From Acidobacteriota bacterium (GTDB lineage: Bacteria; Acidobacteriota; UBA6911; JACQSX01): a stretch of 64,000 nt of DNA. The stretch covers positions 32,001-96,000 of the forward strand of contig DASXQR010000003.1 in assembly GCA_036507075.1 (NCBI GenBank). Direction: 5' to 3'. Positions 61,747 to 64,000 of the stretch are shown piece after piece; position 1 is the stretch's first letter, and every line of letters starts with the position of its first letter. Both the position numbers and the translations under genes were made by a program. The notes under the pieces are model-generated. The model was not told the DNA's origin. It saw only the letters and a list, made by a program, of their open reading frames with translations, and did no database searches.

Positions 61747-63135
61747 ATGCAACAGACACCGCGCCAGGCAGGTCAGGCCAAGCCGGGTTACCCGTCGCGG
61801 GTGCTCGGTCCCGGGCATACTCTTGGCACTGTCACCGACAAGATAAGCTCGATTGTTTTGACCCGTCGCACTCCGTGGGGCTGGTTCATCGGATTCGGTA
61901 TTTCATTCACGCTGGTCATGATCATGACGTTGGCCATCGGATACCTGGTGGTAAAGGGCACAGGAATCTGGGGCGTGAACGTCCCGGTTGGCTGGGGTTT
62001 TGCCATCGTGAACTTTGTCTGGTGGATCGGGATCGGCCACGCGGGAACGCTGATTTCCGCCATCCTTCTTCTGCTGCGGCAGCAATGGCGCACGTCCATC
62101 AATCGCTTCGCCGAAGCGATGACGCTGTTCGCGGTCGCCTGCGCCGCCCTTTATCCGGTTCTGCATCTTGGCCGCCCCTGGCTCGCGTATTGGCTTTTTC
62201 CATATCCCAACACAATGCAGATCTGGCCGCAGTTCCGCAGCCCGTTGATCTGGGATGTATTCGCTGTTTCGACCTATGGCACTGTCTCTCTGCTGTTCTG
62301 GTTTGTCGGATTAATTCCGGATCTGGCGACGCTTCGCGATCGGTCTCGCAGCCGCTTGGGACGGATCGCTTACGGGATTCTGGCAATGGGCTGGCGCGGG
62401 TCGGCTCGGCATTGGCATCGCTACGAGACAGCCTACCTGCTGCTGGCCGGGCTTGCCACGCCGCTGGTGATTTCAGTTCATACGGTGGTGAGTCTTGATT
62501 TTGCTGTTTCGATTGTCCCCGGCTGGCATTCCACGATTTTTCCGCCTTATTTTGTCGCGGGCGCGATTTACTCCGGTTTCGCCATGGTAATGACGCTGGC
62601 CATACCATTGCGCAAGGTCTATGGACTGGAAGACTTCATTACCTTGCGGCATATCCAGAACATGGCGAAGGTGATGCTGGCGACCGGGTTGATCGTGGCG
62701 TATGGCTACCTGATTGAAGTTTTTATGGGCTGGTACAGTGCAAATACCTATGAGAAGTTCGTGGTGTTCAATCGCATGACGGGACCGTACGCAAAGTTTT
62801 ATTGGGCGTTGATACTGTGCAATGTGATCACACCCCAGTTGTTGTGGTTCCGCCGGGTCAGGAACAACATCGGCCTGCTTTTTGTGCTTTCCATTGTGGT
62901 AAATATCGGAATGTGGTTGGAGCGGTTTGTCATCGTGATTACCAGCCTGCACCGTGATTTTCTTCCTTCCTCCTGGGGCATGTACTGGCCCACGGTATTT
63001 GATTGGGCGACTTACGTCGGGACGATCGGTCTGTTTTTGAGCCTGCTCTTTTTGTTTATCCGTTTTCTGCCGATGATATCCATCTTTGAGATGAGAACCA
63101 TCCTGCCCGAAGCCGACGTGGCTAATCGAGAGTAA
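61747..63135 (+). CDS. actC: Alternative complex III subunit C (NrfD family)
   Basis: [42 protein letters not shown]. Confidence 0.95.
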   Translation: MQQTPRQAGQAKPGYPSRVLGPGHTLGTVTDKISSIVLTRRTPWGWFIGFGISFTLVMIMTLAIGYLVVKGTGIWGVNVPVGWGFAIVNFVWWIGIGHAGTLISAILLLLRQQWRTSINRFAEAMTLFAVACAALYPVLHLGRPWLAYWLFPYPNTMQIWPQFRSPLIWDVFAVSTYGTVSLLFWFVGLIPDLATLRDRSRSRLGRIAYGILAMGWRGSARHWHRYETAYLLLAGLATPLVISVHTVVSLDFAVSIVPGWHSTIFPPYFVAGAIYSGFAMVMTLAIPLRKVYGLEDFITLRHIQNMAKVMLATGLIVAYGYLIEVFMGWYSANTYEKFVVFNRMTGPYAKFYWALILCNVITPQLLWFRRVRNNIGLLFVLSIVVNIGMWLERFVIVITSLHRDFLPSSWGMYWPTVFDWATYVGTIGLFLSLLFLFIRFLPMISIFEMRTILPEADVANRE

Positions 63136-63137
63136 CC

Positions 63138-63646
63138 GGAGGCAGGAGGCAGGAGGCGGAAGGCAGAAGGCGGAAGGCGGAAGGCGGAAGGCGGAAGGCG
63201 GAAGGCAGGAGGCAGGGGGCAGGGGGCAGGAGGCAGCAGGCAGGAGGCAGCAGGCAGGAGCGTGATCGACGCCATCAGTACCGCGATCCGTCATCGACGC
63301 CATCAGTACCGCGATCCGTTAGGTCGCGGCGGGGAATGTAAGTCGACTCGTTGCCACCGCTGGATCGAAGGCAGAAGGCGGAAGGCGGAAGGCGGAAGGT
63401 AGGAAGCAGGAGGCAGGAAGCAGGAGGCAGGAGGCAGGGGGCAGGAGCGTGATCGACGCCATCAGTACCGCGATCCGTTAGGTCGCGGCGGGGACTGTAA
63501 GTCGACTCGTTGCCACCGCTGGATCGAAGGCAGAAGGCGGAAGGCAGAAGGCAGAAGGCAGAAGGCGGACACTGAAAGACTGAAAGACTGAAAGACTGAA
63601 AGACTGAAAGACTAACGACGAACCACAGACTACGGACCACTGACTA
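63138..63646. repeat. Composite repeat inside the act operon: GGCAGGA/GGCGGAA arrays, duplicated 78-bp core, (ACTGAAAG)5, heptamer tail
   Basis: Cores 63261-63366 (with an internal 28-bp duplication) and 63448-63525 otherwise differ by 1 substitution. Confidence 0.9.
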
Positions 63647-63651
63647 TTCCA

Positions 63652-64000
63652 ATGCCCATAACAAGACCGGCTACTTACGGGTTGATGGCAGAATTCGAAG
63701 ATGCTTTGAGCCTTGTTGCTGCGGCGCGGCGCGCCTACCAGGAGGGCTATCGAAGACTGGACGCGTTTTCACCCTTTCCCATTGAGGAGTTGGCCGAGGC
63801 GATCGGATTCCACCGCAATAACTTGCCGATGATCGTTTTGATCGGCGGCGTGCTGGGATGCGCAGGCGGGTATCTGCTTCAATATTATGTTTCCGTGATC
63901 GCGTATCCTTTAAACGTCGGTGGAAAACCGTTACACAGCTGGCCATCTTTTATTCCCGTCACGTTCGAGACGACGGTTCTCGTGGCAGCGCTGGCGGCTG
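63652..64000 (+). CDS. actD: Alternative complex III subunit D (DUF3341), runs off the window
   Basis: Own translation: MPITRPATYGLMAEFED..DAFSPFPIE..YPLNVGGKPLHSWPSFIPVTFETTVL. Confidence 0.93.
   Translation, partial: MPITRPATYGLMAEFEDALSLVAAARRAYQEGYRRLDAFSPFPIEELAEAIGFHRNNLPMIVLIGGVLGCAGGYLLQYYVSVIAYPLNVGGKPLHSWPSFIPVTFETTVLVAALAA

Noticed and set aside
63261..63525. CRISPR array
   Set aside because: Only 2-3 repeat copies, the intervening DNA is heptamer tract rather than unique spacer, and there are no cas genes.

Overview
A 64-kb, roughly 55-57% GC bacterial chromosomal segment. Gene content suggests Acidobacteriota (inference from the Oar-type TonB-dependent receptor, lolC/D-clpC-bamA synteny, a DUF1549/1553-DUF1501 pair and alternative complex III). 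Core genes: ribH (partial)-nusB-lysS; lolC/E-lolD-clpC-bamA-skp-lpxD-fabZ-lpxA-lpxI-gnnA-like-SpoIID-miaA-gatB; actABC plus partial actD. These are interleaved with accessory enzymes and transporters. I saw no tRNA, rRNA, CRISPR array, transposase, integrase or reverse transcriptase. The unusual signal is non-coding. Most intergenic gaps, including those inside essential operons, hold a palindromic element built from inverted tandem arrays of period 6, 7 or 9 nt (plus one direct 8-mer run), or a REP/REPIN-like doublet, and these are often nested. Reconstructing empty sites at three loci reveals a polar, non-autonomous insertion module. It has one IHF-like end and one GGTTGCGG-hairpin-TG end, no terminal inverted repeats and no consistent target duplication. 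It inserts into palindromic repeats and carries other palindromic repeats as cargo. Several elements supply start codons, stop codons or terminal residues to host genes. Other oddities are an NTase-less GlnD paralog, a thioredoxin-TPR protein whose codons suggest a lost selenocysteine, and a frameshifted TonB-like lipoprotein.
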